Part shown: positions 18,294 through 27,642 of the stretch, piece after piece
How the letters are laid out: every line of letters starts with the position of its first letter
Numbering within the stretch: the first letter of the stretch is position 1
Assembly: GCA_963715195.1 (NCBI GenBank)
Contig: CAVQRT010000006.1
Span: forward strand, 1 to 64,000
Length of the DNA: 64,000 nt
DNA from: Thermodesulfovibrionales bacterium
GTDB taxonomy: Bacteria; Nitrospirota; Thermodesulfovibrionia; Thermodesulfovibrionales; SM23-35
Direction of reading: 5' to 3'
Program-made: the position numbers and the translations under genes
The notes under the pieces: model-generated
Told to the model about the DNA's origin: nothing
Database searches by the model: none
What the model saw: only the letters and a program-made list of their open reading frames with translations

Positions 18294-20624
18294 ATGGCAA
18301 AGCTAAACAATATCGACGATCTCAGAAACCTGAGGGCTCTCCTCCGGGAAGCCTCCAGAACCGGAAAGGACACGCTTAAGGTCTGTTGTGGTCTCCCATG
18401 CAGCACTCTGGGATCCCAGGCTGTTGCACGGGAACTGGAAACGGAGGCGGCAAAAAGCGGTCTGGAAGTAGAGATCGTCAAAACCGGTTGTCAGGGTTTC
18501 TGTCAGAGAGGCCCGCTGTTGCAGGTTGACCCGTATGGCTATTTTTATCAAAAGGTACAGCCGGACAAAGCAAAAGAAATCATTTCTCTCACGTGCTCTA
18601 GCGGGTTGCCTGTGAGAGACTTATCTTACAGGGATACTTTTCTTAATACCCCTAAGGAATTTATAAGGGATATACCGTTTTATGCAAAGCAGATGAAGAT
18701 CGCGCTCAGGAATACGGGCACTATCGATCCTTTCAGTATCCACCAGTATATTGCCGCCGGTGGCTATTCAGCAGCAGAGAAGATGTTTTCCTCCATGAGC
18801 CCCGAACAGGTGCTTGAAGAGGTTAAAAAAGCAAACCTTAGGGGGCGCGGTGGTGCCGGGTTCCCTGCAGGGATAAAATGGGCGCACACAAAGCGGGCAC
18901 TGGGAAATATAAAGATGGTCATTGCCAACGGAGACGAGGGCGACCCCGGTGCTTTCATGGACAGGTCAATCATGGAAGGGGATCCGCACAGCCTCCTCGA
19001 AGGGATGCTCGTCTGTGCCTATGTAATCGATGCAAAATACGGGTTTATTTATGTACGGCACGAATATCCTCTTGCCATTAAGACATTGAAAACAGCCATC
19101 AAGCAGGCAGAAGAAATTGGCCTGCTGGGAACGAATATTCTTGGCACCGGTTTTGATTTTACCGTCCAGATCAGGGAAGGGGCAGGTGCTTTTGTTTGCG
19201 GGGAGGCCACCTCGCTCGTTGCTTCAGTGGAAGGAAACCGTGGATTTCCCCATGCGCGGCCTCCCAGGGTTTCGGAAGTCGGAGGCGGCCCATGGGGGTA
19301 CCCGGCCAATCTGAACAATGTAGAAACCTTTGCATGTGTTCCGCCGATTATCGAGAAAGGTGCAGACTGGTTTCTCGGTATCGGCACCCAGGGGTCGCCG
19401 GGAACAAAAGTTTTTTCCCTGGCCGGGAAAGTCAAACATACGGGACTGGTGGAAGTGCCAATGGGAATAACGTTGCGGGAAATTATCTTCGATATCGGGG
19501 GAGGGATCATAGGAAACAAACAGTTCAAGGCCGTACAAACCGGAGGACCGTCCGGAGGATGCATCCCTGAGCAGTATCTCGACCTTCCGGTCGACTTTGA
19601 TTCTCTCTGGAAAGTCGGTTCTATCATGGGTTCAGGCGGCATGGTTGTCATGGACGAGGACACCTGCATGGTGGATATCGCGAAATACTTCCTTTCTTTT
19701 ACCCAGGCGGAATCGTGCGGAAAATGTCCTCCGTGCAGGGTCGGTACTTACCAGATGCTGCAGATACTGCAGAGAATAACGTCCGGAGAGGGTAAGCAGG
19801 GCGATATAGAGGAACTCGAGAGACTCGGGCATCTTGTGGTTGCAGGATCCCTCTGCGGACTGGGAAAAAGCGCACCGAATCCTGTTCTCACTACCATCAG
19901 ATATTTCAGGAATGAGTATGAAGAGCATGTCCATGAAAAATACTGCAGGGCGAACGTGTGCAACATCGGGTTCTTCATGATCAATCAGGAGGAGTGTATC
20001 CTCTGCGGGCTCTGCAAACAAGCGTGTGCATTTCAGGCTGTTAGGGAAACACGGAAGGGGTTCTTCATTGACCGCGATTACTGCACGAAGTGCAAGGCAT
20101 GCTATCATGTTTGTCCGGTCAATGCGGTACAGATTCTCAAGAAGACATACGTAAGGCTTGAAGAGGAACTGAGATTGGCGCCTGAGAGTCTTGAGTTCAT
20201 CGAAAGGAGACGCAAGATGACGTTAAAGGATATCCTTGAGTCAAGACCTTCTGAGATCGTAACGATCACCACAGACCATACGGTTTCAGAGGCTGTCATC
20301 CGCATGAGGGAAAAGCATGTGAGCGGACTTTTTGTTGTTGATGAACATAACCGGCTGGTGGGCATTTTCACTGAGCGGGATATCGTCCGGTGTGTTTACG
20401 ATAATATTTCGACGGCAGAAAAACTCGAAAACCTCATCATGCGCGATATCATTACCTTTGATCCGGGAACAGATGTCAGCACGGCGATTTCCGTTGCATC
20501 GAGGAAGAAGATACGGCATTTGCCGGTCGTCGAGGATAAAACCATTGTAGGAATGATCACCTTCAGGGATCTGGTCTCGTATCTTCTCCCCGAGATCTGT
20601 TTCATGGCAGATACGATGTATTAG
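18294..20624 (+). CDS. NuoF/HydB-like NAD(P)H-binding flavoprotein with N-terminal [2Fe-2S], C-terminal 2x[4Fe-4S] and fused CBS pair
   Basis: GRGGAGFP, NGDEGDPGAFMDRS, GGPSGG, ESCGKCPPCRVG, two CxxCxxCxxxC; then VSGLFVVDE..LVGIFTERD and IRHLPVVE..IVGMITFRDL. Confidence 0.92.
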   Translation: MAKLNNIDDLRNLRALLREASRTGKDTLKVCCGLPCSTLGSQAVARELETEAAKSGLEVEIVKTGCQGFCQRGPLLQVDPYGYFYQKVQPDKAKEIISLTCSSGLPVRDLSYRDTFLNTPKEFIRDIPFYAKQMKIALRNTGTIDPFSIHQYIAAGGYSAAEKMFSSMSPEQVLEEVKKANLRGRGGAGFPAGIKWAHTKRALGNIKMVIANGDEGDPGAFMDRSIMEGDPHSLLEGMLVCAYVIDAKYGFIYVRHEYPLAIKTLKTAIKQAEEIGLLGTNILGTGFDFTVQIREGAGAFVCGEATSLVASVEGNRGFPHARPPRVSEVGGGPWGYPANLNNVETFACVPPIIEKGADWFLGIGTQGSPGTKVFSLAGKVKHTGLVEVPMGITLREIIFDIGGGIIGNKQFKAVQTGGPSGGCIPEQYLDLPVDFDSLWKVGSIMGSGGMVVMDEDTCMVDIAKYFLSFTQAESCGKCPPCRVGTYQMLQILQRITSGEGKQGDIEELERLGHLVVAGSLCGLGKSAPNPVLTTIRYFRNEYEEHVHEKYCRANVCNIGFFMINQEECILCGLCKQACAFQAVRETRKGFFIDRDYCTKCKACYHVCPVNAVQILKKTYVRLEEELRLAPESLEFIERRRKMTLKDILESRPSEIVTITTDHTVSEAVIRMREKHVSGLFVVDEHNRLVGIFTERDIVRCVYDNISTAEKLENLIMRDIITFDPGTDVSTAISVASRKKIRHLPVVEDKTIVGMITFRDLVSYLLPEICFMADTMY

Positions 20625-20633
20625 GATTGGACT

Positions 20634-21245
20634 ATGACTGATAAGAAGGAACGAAACACGGGCGATATTATACAGGAGGCAGGCAGTCTGTCCTGTCCGG
20701 TACAGAAGGCTGCGTATTATATGGATGCATTTCTCAAAGAGCTCATGTGCGGCAGGTGTTTCCCCTGTGCTTTCGGAACCTATGAGGCGGCAATTATCCT
20801 GAAGAAGATCATATCCGGCAACGCTGCAACTGCTGATATTGATGCATTGCGCCGCATCGCGGACGTGATGCTGACTGCTTCGCGGTGCAAAAAGGGCAGG
20901 GAGACGGCGCAGTTTATGGCTGAGTTACTAAAGTCAGAGACATTTCCCGAACACGTCGAAGGCAGGTGCCCTGCCCGGGAGTGCATATCGTTTATCGAAT
21001 ACCGGATTATCCCTGAAAAATGTATTCTCTGCGGTGAGTGTATGAAGGTATGCAGATATAATGCAGTCGCCGGCGAGAAAAAAGTTGCATATCTGAGTGG
21101 TTACCTGCCGTTTGAGATCGTGTCCAAAAGATGCACGCAATGCGGTGAGTGCATGAAGGTATGCCCGAATGATGCGATAATCATTGTTGACAAAAGAGAG
21201 CTCGCAGAAGAAATAGCAGACAGGCAGCAATATGCCCGTCCTTGA
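20634..21245 (+). CDS. Stand-alone NuoF/HydB C-terminal Fe-S module
   Basis: SCPV, MCGRCFPCAFG, SRCKKG, EHVEGRCPAREC, CILCGECMKVC, CTQCGECMKVCP. Confidence 0.8.
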   Translation: MTDKKERNTGDIIQEAGSLSCPVQKAAYYMDAFLKELMCGRCFPCAFGTYEAAIILKKIISGNAATADIDALRRIADVMLTASRCKKGRETAQFMAELLKSETFPEHVEGRCPARECISFIEYRIIPEKCILCGECMKVCRYNAVAGEKKVAYLSGYLPFEIVSKRCTQCGECMKVCPNDAIIIVDKRELAEEIADRQQYARP

Positions 21246-21269
21246 GTGGTACATCAACCGGAGGTAGCT

Positions 21270-23291
21270 ATGTCGAATATGATAACCGTCACCATCGACG
21301 GAAAAGATGTCCAGGTCACCGAAGGGATAAACATCATAGATGCTTCGGAGATTGCAGGGATTCACATACCGAATCTCTGTTATTTGAAGGGAATGAAGGG
21401 AATGGGTGCATGCAGACTCTGCCTCGTTGAGGTGGAGGGTCTCAAAGCACCGGTCCTCGCTTGCAATACGAAAGTCAGGGATGGCATGGCGGTGCGAACG
21501 ACGACTGATAAGATTCAGGAAGTCAGAAAGTTCGTCATCGATCTCCTTCTTTCCATGCACCCTCTCGACTGCATGACATGCACAAAAGCAGGAGTATGTA
21601 ACCTTCAGCGGTATGCCTATGATTTCGGGCTGAAGGAGTCTTCGTTCAGCAGGAAAACGTTCGGATATACGGTTGATGATGCGAATCCGTTCATCAAACG
21701 GGATCCTGATTACTGTATTCTCTGCGGACGCTGCGTAAGGGTATGCAAAGAACAGGGAACGCATGTCCTTGAGTTTATGGGGAGAGGCATAGAATCAAAG
21801 GTCATTACCGCCGGGGACAGGCCTTTGCAGGAGTCATCATGCACGTTCTGCGGAAGCTGTGTGGATGCGTGTCCGGTGAATGCCCTGCTCGAATCAGACC
21901 GTTGGCGCACGGGCAGGGAATGGGAATACCAGAAAATGCACTCCGTCTGTCTCCTCTGTGGAAATAGCTGTGCCATAACGGCAAGCACAAAAGACGGCAG
22001 AATTCAGAAAATCAATGCGGGGGCGAACGCGGGTTCTGCCGAACGCTATATCTGTGCATATGGCAGGTTCGGTTTCGACAGTATTGAAGCCGACACCAGG
22101 CTGACAAGACCGATGAAAAGAATGAACGGTGAACTGAAAGAGACAACGTGGGAAGATGCCTTTGAGACTGTTGCGAGCCGGTTGAAGCATGCCGCCAGGG
22201 AGACAGGGTTCATCAGTACTGCGGGGATTACCAATGAGGATGCCCTGATCCTGAAGAAGTTCGCCAGGGACGTCGTGAAAACAGAGAACCTTGACACGAC
22301 CGTAAGCCTCTATGCAGACGGTGATTTTTTCATCCAGTCACAAAAGGCCGACATCGATCGTGCTGATCTGATAATACTGGTGGATATGAATCCATCCCAG
22401 TGGAAAAGGGTTCTCCCGGCTCTCGATGCCTCCGTGCGAAGGCGGGTTGAGAGGGGTGCAAAGCTCATCGTCATCAATCAATCCGAAAGCGCGCTTGGGG
22501 AGATTGCAACCGTCAATCTGACGGGAGAAGTCATATCTGCTTTGAAGGGTACTGCAAAAATTCTTATCGAAAAGGGATTGAAGGCAGACAGAAAGTTCAG
22601 GGCATCTGTGCAGAATGTTGAGGTGACGGAAGAGTTGGAAAAAGCAGCGGACCTTATCGCTGGAGCGAGCGAACCCCTTATTTTTTCATCTCCCTCTTTC
22701 TTCGAAGCTTCAGCCAACATTGCACTGTTGAAAGGAAAGATCATCGCTGTTCCCCTCGAAAGTAATGCAAAAGGTGTTTCCCTGATGGGCCTGACTTCCG
22801 TCGGCAAATCCTTCAGGGAGATGCTAAGCGGAAAAACGAAAGTTCTCTATACTGTTGGAGATGTGCCGGTCAGCCAGAGACCGGATACGGATTTCCTTAT
22901 TGTACAAAACCCGCATCTCACGCCACTTGCCGAACAGGCTGATCTTGTGCTTCCATCAGCTGCTTTTTGGGAAGTCTCCGGCACAGTGGTTGATTCCATG
23001 GGGAGATTGAAGCATTTGCATAAAATTGTTGAGCCCTACGGAGAATCAATGAGCCACAGGGATATCTTTATCGGTCTTTCCAAGTCCATGGGGGCGGCAT
23101 TGCAGAGACCGACGGAGGCTGAGGTCAGGAAGTCGGTGAGTGTGAAGATGAAGATCAGGTTCAGCCCATTTGTCAGGAATGAACGGTTCGACATCGCCTC
23201 TGAAGAGTTTATCGAAACGATGAATGCATCGGTGATTCTTGGTTCGCGATTGCTGTGGCTCAAAGAGACGGCGAAAGTGGCAGCAGGATGA
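21270..23291 (+). CDS. NuoG/formate dehydrogenase alpha-like Fe-S protein with degenerate molybdopterin domain
   Basis: IPNLC..ACRLCLVE, HPLDCMTC..C, CILCGRCVRVC, CTFCGSCVDACP, VCLLCGNSC..ICAYG; no H-cluster or Mo-ligating (C/U)H motif seen. Confidence 0.85.
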   Translation: MSNMITVTIDGKDVQVTEGINIIDASEIAGIHIPNLCYLKGMKGMGACRLCLVEVEGLKAPVLACNTKVRDGMAVRTTTDKIQEVRKFVIDLLLSMHPLDCMTCTKAGVCNLQRYAYDFGLKESSFSRKTFGYTVDDANPFIKRDPDYCILCGRCVRVCKEQGTHVLEFMGRGIESKVITAGDRPLQESSCTFCGSCVDACPVNALLESDRWRTGREWEYQKMHSVCLLCGNSCAITASTKDGRIQKINAGANAGSAERYICAYGRFGFDSIEADTRLTRPMKRMNGELKETTWEDAFETVASRLKHAARETGFISTAGITNEDALILKKFARDVVKTENLDTTVSLYADGDFFIQSQKADIDRADLIILVDMNPSQWKRVLPALDASVRRRVERGAKLIVINQSESALGEIATVNLTGEVISALKGTAKILIEKGLKADRKFRASVQNVEVTEELEKAADLIAGASEPLIFSSPSFFEASANIALLKGKIIAVPLESNAKGVSLMGLTSVGKSFREMLSGKTKVLYTVGDVPVSQRPDTDFLIVQNPHLTPLAEQADLVLPSAAFWEVSGTVVDSMGRLKHLHKIVEPYGESMSHRDIFIGLSKSMGAALQRPTEAEVRKSVSVKMKIRFSPFVRNERFDIASEEFIETMNASVILGSRLLWLKETAKVAAG

Positions 23292-23475
23292 GGAAGCTAC
23301 ATGATATTTTAAAATATGTTATGATATCCGGCAGAATAAATCTCAATACGGCAGACAGGGACACTGATAAATAGATCCCGTTTCGGGAACCTCACCTTTT
23401 AGCAGCATCCCGGAAGAGACAAGATTGCATTGGATAAGGAGCACATACAGATATAGGAAAGGCAGGAGATGATCT

Positions 23476-23673
23476 ATTATCGAGATAAAAGTAATCGGCA
23501 ATGATGTAGAACAAGCCATTAAAATTCTTAAACGCAAAGTCCAGATTGAAGGACTTCTCAAAGAGCTCAAGACGAGAAGTTTCTATGAAAAGCCTTCAGT
23601 CAAGGAGAAACGGAAGCGGGCAGAAGCACGCAAGAAGCGGGCAAAGGCACAGAGATACCGGAGAAGCCGGTAG
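23476..23673 (+). CDS. rpsU: 30S ribosomal protein S21 with non-canonical start (ATT or ATC)
   Basis: Manual translation IIEIKVIGNDVEQAIKILKRKVQIEGLLKELKTRSFYEKPSVKEKRKRAEARKK; SD AGGAG at 23464-23468; in-frame TGA just upstream. Confidence 0.9.
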   Translation: MIEIKVIGNDVEQAIKILKRKVQIEGLLKELKTRSFYEKPSVKEKRKRAEARKKRAKAQRYRRSR

Positions 23674-23720
23674 AAGGCCGAAAAGGCATACCGGAAGACC
23701 GGTTGTATTGCTAAAATTAT

Positions 23721-24134
23721 CTATGCTGTCTTAAGCGCCTTAGCTGCTTTGCTCAGGTCTTTCGGCTTTACCCACAGGATTGCGGCATAGCGACCGGCAC
23801 CCGCTGATACGGCGTCGATCGCCGTTACATTGATCTTCTTGTCTGAAAGCTTCTGCAGAATCTCAGCTACAGCACCTTTCCGGTCATTACCCTGTATTAA
23901 GAACCCGAACTTCTGTGGACGTGTCTTAATCTTCAACAGTCTGACAGCTTTCTTGAATCTGTTTGCATCTTCAGGGATAATATCGAGCTGGGACTTCCTT
24001 CCGCTCGGAAAACCTGAAAATGCCAGGAGATTTACTCCTGCATCTGACAGGGCGCTCAGTATTCGTGATCCTTCACCCGGCTTGTTTTGTACATCCAATG
24101 CAAAATATGCGACTTTCCGTACACTGTCTCCCAT
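23721..24134 (-). CDS. ACT domain protein (tandem ACT)
   Basis: VQNKPGEGSRILSALSDAGVNLLAF; NDRKGAVAEILQKLSDKKINVTAI. Confidence 0.8.
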   Translation of the reverse strand: MGDSVRKVAYFALDVQNKPGEGSRILSALSDAGVNLLAFSGFPSGRKSQLDIIPEDANRFKKAVRLLKIKTRPQKFGFLIQGNDRKGAVAEILQKLSDKKINVTAIDAVSAGAGRYAAILWVKPKDLSKAAKALKTA

Positions 24135-24207
24135 AACGATTTCCTCCTTTTTCTGATAATGATAAGGTTATAGTAACACAAACTGCGCAAAGGAAATGAT
24201 CAATCTC

Positions 24208-25170
24208 CTATTTCAGAAAAAACTGTGAAATATATCGTATTGCAAGCGAAATGATAATGATTCCAAGGATAAGCTTGATAATCTTTTGAGGAACGAATTT
24301 CTGGAAACGGGCGCCGAGGTATATGCCGACAAATCCACCAACTCCAAAAAGAAAACCAAGCATCCAGTCGGGTGATGTCACCATCCCGGCCTTTGCGGGT
24401 ATGATGCTGTAGAATATTACTCCCAGAACCGAAGTGAGAAAGGTCCCGAGGAGGGCTGCGCCGGCGACGGTATATACCGGTAAATGAAAAACGGCTACGC
24501 AGAAAGGCGCGATGATGGCTCCCCCTCCGATTCCATAGGTGCCGCCAATGACGCCAACAACAAAAGCGAGGAGAAACATGCCAATTGTACTGAATGAAAA
24601 CCTCTCTCCCCAAAATTCATATTCAACTTTCTTCAGGTTTACCGATACGGTTTTTACAACAGCTTCAGGCGGAAGTCCCGAAGCGACTCTGCTCTTTTGT
24701 TGTTCCCTGAGCTCTTTTGTCCTTTCCCTGAATTTATCCTCGAGTGCCTTCATCTTTGCCTTGCCGGCCGAGGCTTTCCCGGTGAGTTCATAAACGAGGC
24801 GTATGCCGATATACAACAGTACACATCCCACAAAAAGCTTAAATTCTCTTGGGTCGGGAAGATACAAAACTCTCAGATAGTAGCCAATGAATACCCCCGG
24901 AAGCGTCCCTATGATCACTACCCAGGTGAGAGGCCACGCCATCCTGCCTTCTTTAAGATAGCGGTATACACCGCTCGGAATTGCAACGATATTAAAGACG
25001 AAATTGGTGGCGCTTACAGAAGGACTGGTGAAGTTTAAGACACTCATCTGAAACGGGAGTAAAAGGAAGGCACCTGAAACGCCGCCCATGGATGTGAAGA
25101 AGGAGACAACGAGTGCAACAAGGGGAGGGATCCACGGTGCAACTTCTATCCCGGCAGTCCAGAAAAACAT
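24208..25170 (-). CDS. Sulfite exporter TauE/SafE family membrane protein
   Basis: SMGGVSGAFLLLP and GTYGIGGGAIIAP repeats; multiple TM helices. Confidence 0.88.
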   Translation of the reverse strand: MFFWTAGIEVAPWIPPLVALVVSFFTSMGGVSGAFLLLPFQMSVLNFTSPSVSATNFVFNIVAIPSGVYRYLKEGRMAWPLTWVVIIGTLPGVFIGYYLRVLYLPDPREFKLFVGCVLLYIGIRLVYELTGKASAGKAKMKALEDKFRERTKELREQQKSRVASGLPPEAVVKTVSVNLKKVEYEFWGERFSFSTIGMFLLAFVVGVIGGTYGIGGGAIIAPFCVAVFHLPVYTVAGAALLGTFLTSVLGVIFYSIIPAKAGMVTSPDWMLGFLFGVGGFVGIYLGARFQKFVPQKIIKLILGIIIISLAIRYISQFFLK

Positions 25171-25261
25171 GAGCACCCTCCATTATGCATATATGGCAAA
25201 GAGTTACAAGTATATCGTATTTCTCGACAAATATCATCTCGCTCTGCTACTATGAACCATC

Positions 25262-26023
25262 ATGGAGCCATGTGTAAAAAGAAAAGTCGTCAAAAGAGTT
25301 GGAAACGCTTCAGAAGAAGTGGATGACCTTCTTGCAACAGAGAGACAGATCATTATTTCCGTCAATGAAAAGAAAGTATTACGTCTCTATTGCACTCCCA
25401 CCATGATAAGAGAATTTGCTGTCGGTTTTTGCCTGAATGAAGGAGTCATCAAAGGACATTTTTGCGCCGATGCCATTACCATTCAGTATACTGATGACAT
25501 GGCAATCCATGTGAATATCCCTGCTGACGGAGAGGCCTCAACAGAAGGAATGGTGCGAACTACGGGCTGTATCGGCGGGGTGACTTTCGAACGGAAAGAT
25601 TACAGAGAACCTTCCGACAGTTTTTTCGTTGCTCCGGAAACCGTAAGAACTCTGTACAGCGAATTCAATCAGAGGGCGGCACTTTTCAAAGCAACCGGCT
25701 GTATGCACAGTGCTGCAGTCTCTGATGGGAATAAAATTCTGGTTATGGCAGAGGATATAGGACGGCATAATGCTGTTGACAAGGTAATAGGACATTGCAT
25801 TATTGAGAATCTGCGCATGAATGATAAAATGATGCTGGTCAGCGGGAGGCTTTCATCGGAGATTGTATCAAAATGCGCGAGATGGGGGATTCCGGTCCTG
25901 GCGAGCAGGACTTCACCGACAAGCTATGCGGTCGAGATAGCCGAGAAGGCGAAAATTACCCTCATCGGATTTGTCAGGGGGGAGCGCTTCAATATATATA
26001 CAAATATGCAAAGAGTTCTTTAA
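25262..26023 (+). CDS. fdhD: Formate dehydrogenase accessory sulfurtransferase
   Basis: TTGCIGG, FKATGCMHSAA, EDIGRHNAVDKVIG, SGRLSSEIV, LIGFVRG. Confidence 0.95.
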   Translation: MEPCVKRKVVKRVGNASEEVDDLLATERQIIISVNEKKVLRLYCTPTMIREFAVGFCLNEGVIKGHFCADAITIQYTDDMAIHVNIPADGEASTEGMVRTTGCIGGVTFERKDYREPSDSFFVAPETVRTLYSEFNQRAALFKATGCMHSAAVSDGNKILVMAEDIGRHNAVDKVIGHCIIENLRMNDKMMLVSGRLSSEIVSKCARWGIPVLASRTSPTSYAVEIAEKAKITLIGFVRGERFNIYTNMQRVL

Positions 26024-26030
26024 GCGTGCA

Positions 26031-26067
26031 GAAAGAAAAATGCCCTCCTGTTTATTGGGGAGGGCAT
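26031..26067 (-). terminator. Intrinsic terminator between convergent fdhD and the permease gene
   Basis: ATGCCCTCC/GGAGGGCAT stem followed by a T-rich run on the minus strand. Confidence 0.65.
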
Positions 26068-26106
26068 GACAGCCTAATCAAATAGTACTCTATGGACATA
26101 TTTTAT

Positions 26107-27279
26107 TTATTCGACTATTGCACCAAAAATTATTCCTGAAACCGTTGCCATTAGCACAACAAGACATACAAACACAACGGTCTTTTGTGTTCCAATGGCA
26201 CGTCTGATAACCAGCATGTTCGGCAGACTCAGCGCAGGTCCCGCAAGCAATAGGGCAAGCGCAGGTCCTTTCCCCATGCCTGAACCGATCAATCCTTGAA
26301 GAATAGGGACTTCTGTGAGGGTGGCAAAATACATAAATGCTCCGACTACAGAAGAAAAGAAATTGGCAAACAGAGAATTACCCCCCACAAGAGTGGCAAT
26401 ATACTGCGACGGGATAATCCCTTCATACCCGACTCTTCCAAGTAAAAACCCGGCTGCGAGGACGCCGCCCAGAAGGAGGGGGAGAATCTGCAGCGCAAGT
26501 ACCCACGATTGCTGCGTCCATTCTTTGAGTTCATTCTTGTTGAACCATTTTATGAGCATGCCTGATAAAGAAATAACAAAAAGGCCGGTAATCCACCATT
26601 TGTACTGATAGATGAGCCACCAGAAACTATTGCTTTCTTCAGGCGGTTTACCCCAGTTCGCAAAAACAAGGATTGCTACCATCGAAAAAAAGTAGGGAAT
26701 TGTTTTGCCCAAAGAATGAACCTCTCTGGCATTGCTGAAATCAAAGTCCTCTCCCGAATGCCGTTTCCTCTCCTCCTTCAGAAAAATAAGATGCATGAGA
26801 AGGCCGATGATAATGCTGAAAACAACAGCGCCGATTGCCCGTGCCAATCCAAGTTCCAAGCCCAGTATCCGGGCGGTAAGGATAATCGCCAGCACATTGA
26901 TTGCAGGCCCGGAATAAAGGAACGCAATTGCCGGACCAAGACCTGCTCCTCTTTGATATATGCCCATAAACAAAGGAAGGATCGTGCATGAGCAAACAGC
27001 AAGAATCGATCCCGACACTGAAGCCACCGAGTATGAAAGGAATTTATTTGCCCTGGCTCCGAAATATCTCATCACCGAGGCCTGGCTGACAAATACAACT
27101 ATTGCACCTGCGATGAAGAAAGCCGGAATGAGGCAGAGCAGAACATGTTCCTGTGCATACCACTTTGTCAATGCAAGAGACTCATTTATTGCGTTGGTAA
27201 ACCGGGCGTTCTCGATCGGGAGAAAATAGCAGATAAGAAATACTGCCAGGACAATGAGAAATTTATATCGCTCTTTCAA
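26107..27279 (-). CDS. ArsP-like (DUF318) permease
   Basis: EHVLLCLIPAFFIAG, LAVCSCTILP, FLYSGPAIN, MYFATLTEVP, GPALSLP. Confidence 0.88.
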   Translation of the reverse strand: MKERYKFLIVLAVFLICYFLPIENARFTNAINESLALTKWYAQEHVLLCLIPAFFIAGAIVVFVSQASVMRYFGARANKFLSYSVASVSGSILAVCSCTILPLFMGIYQRGAGLGPAIAFLYSGPAINVLAIILTARILGLELGLARAIGAVVFSIIIGLLMHLIFLKEERKRHSGEDFDFSNAREVHSLGKTIPYFFSMVAILVFANWGKPPEESNSFWWLIYQYKWWITGLFVISLSGMLIKWFNKNELKEWTQQSWVLALQILPLLLGGVLAAGFLLGRVGYEGIIPSQYIATLVGGNSLFANFFSSVVGAFMYFATLTEVPILQGLIGSGMGKGPALALLLAGPALSLPNMLVIRRAIGTQKTVVFVCLVVLMATVSGIIFGAIVE

Positions 27280-27641
27280 GCGTCCTGCCCTATAAGAGAT
27301 ACGACTTTTGATTTTTGATGTTTTCTTTTTAGAAAATCTGCTAACCTCCTATTGTCTTCCAGAACAGTTTTGGGGGAAATTCGCTCCATTATTGACAACA
27401 ATAAAAATCTCCTGAATATATCTGATTCGTTTAGACGGTAATGAACCCATTTGCCCTGCTTCCTGTCTTTGATAAGGCCGGCGTCTTTCAGGACCGCAAG
27501 ATGAAAAGATACTTTCGGCTGTATCATATCCAGGGCGGCAACGATGTCGCAAACGCAGAGTTCTCCCTGTTCAAGCAGCTTGAGAACTCTCAGCCTTGTC
27601 TCATCTGACAGTGCCTTGAAGATGATTAAAATATCCTGCAT
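27276..27641 (-). CDS. ArsR/SmtB family metalloregulator
   Basis: FKALSDETRLRVL..ELCVCDI...VSFHLAVLKDAGLI..RKQGKWVHY (alpha3 CVC site). Confidence 0.93.
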   Translation of the reverse strand: MQDILIIFKALSDETRLRVLKLLEQGELCVCDIVAALDMIQPKVSFHLAVLKDAGLIKDRKQGKWVHYRLNESDIFRRFLLLSIMERISPKTVLEDNRRLADFLKRKHQKSKVVSLIGQDA

Positions 27642-27642
27642 T

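Noticed and set aside
17766..20624. Respiratory complex I nuoEF
   Set aside because: No membrane or other nuo genes adjacent; the extra Fe-S domains fit soluble HydBC-type proteins
21270..23291. Calling this a formate dehydrogenase or [FeFe]-hydrogenase catalytic subunit (fdhD is nearby)
   Set aside because: No Mo/W-ligating Cys/Sec-His motif, no in-frame TGA and no H-cluster motifs; the molybdopterin domain looks degenerate
23343..23734. ORFs 23343-23570 (-) and 23546-23734 (+)
   Set aside because: They overlap rpsU in other frames and have no recognisable motifs
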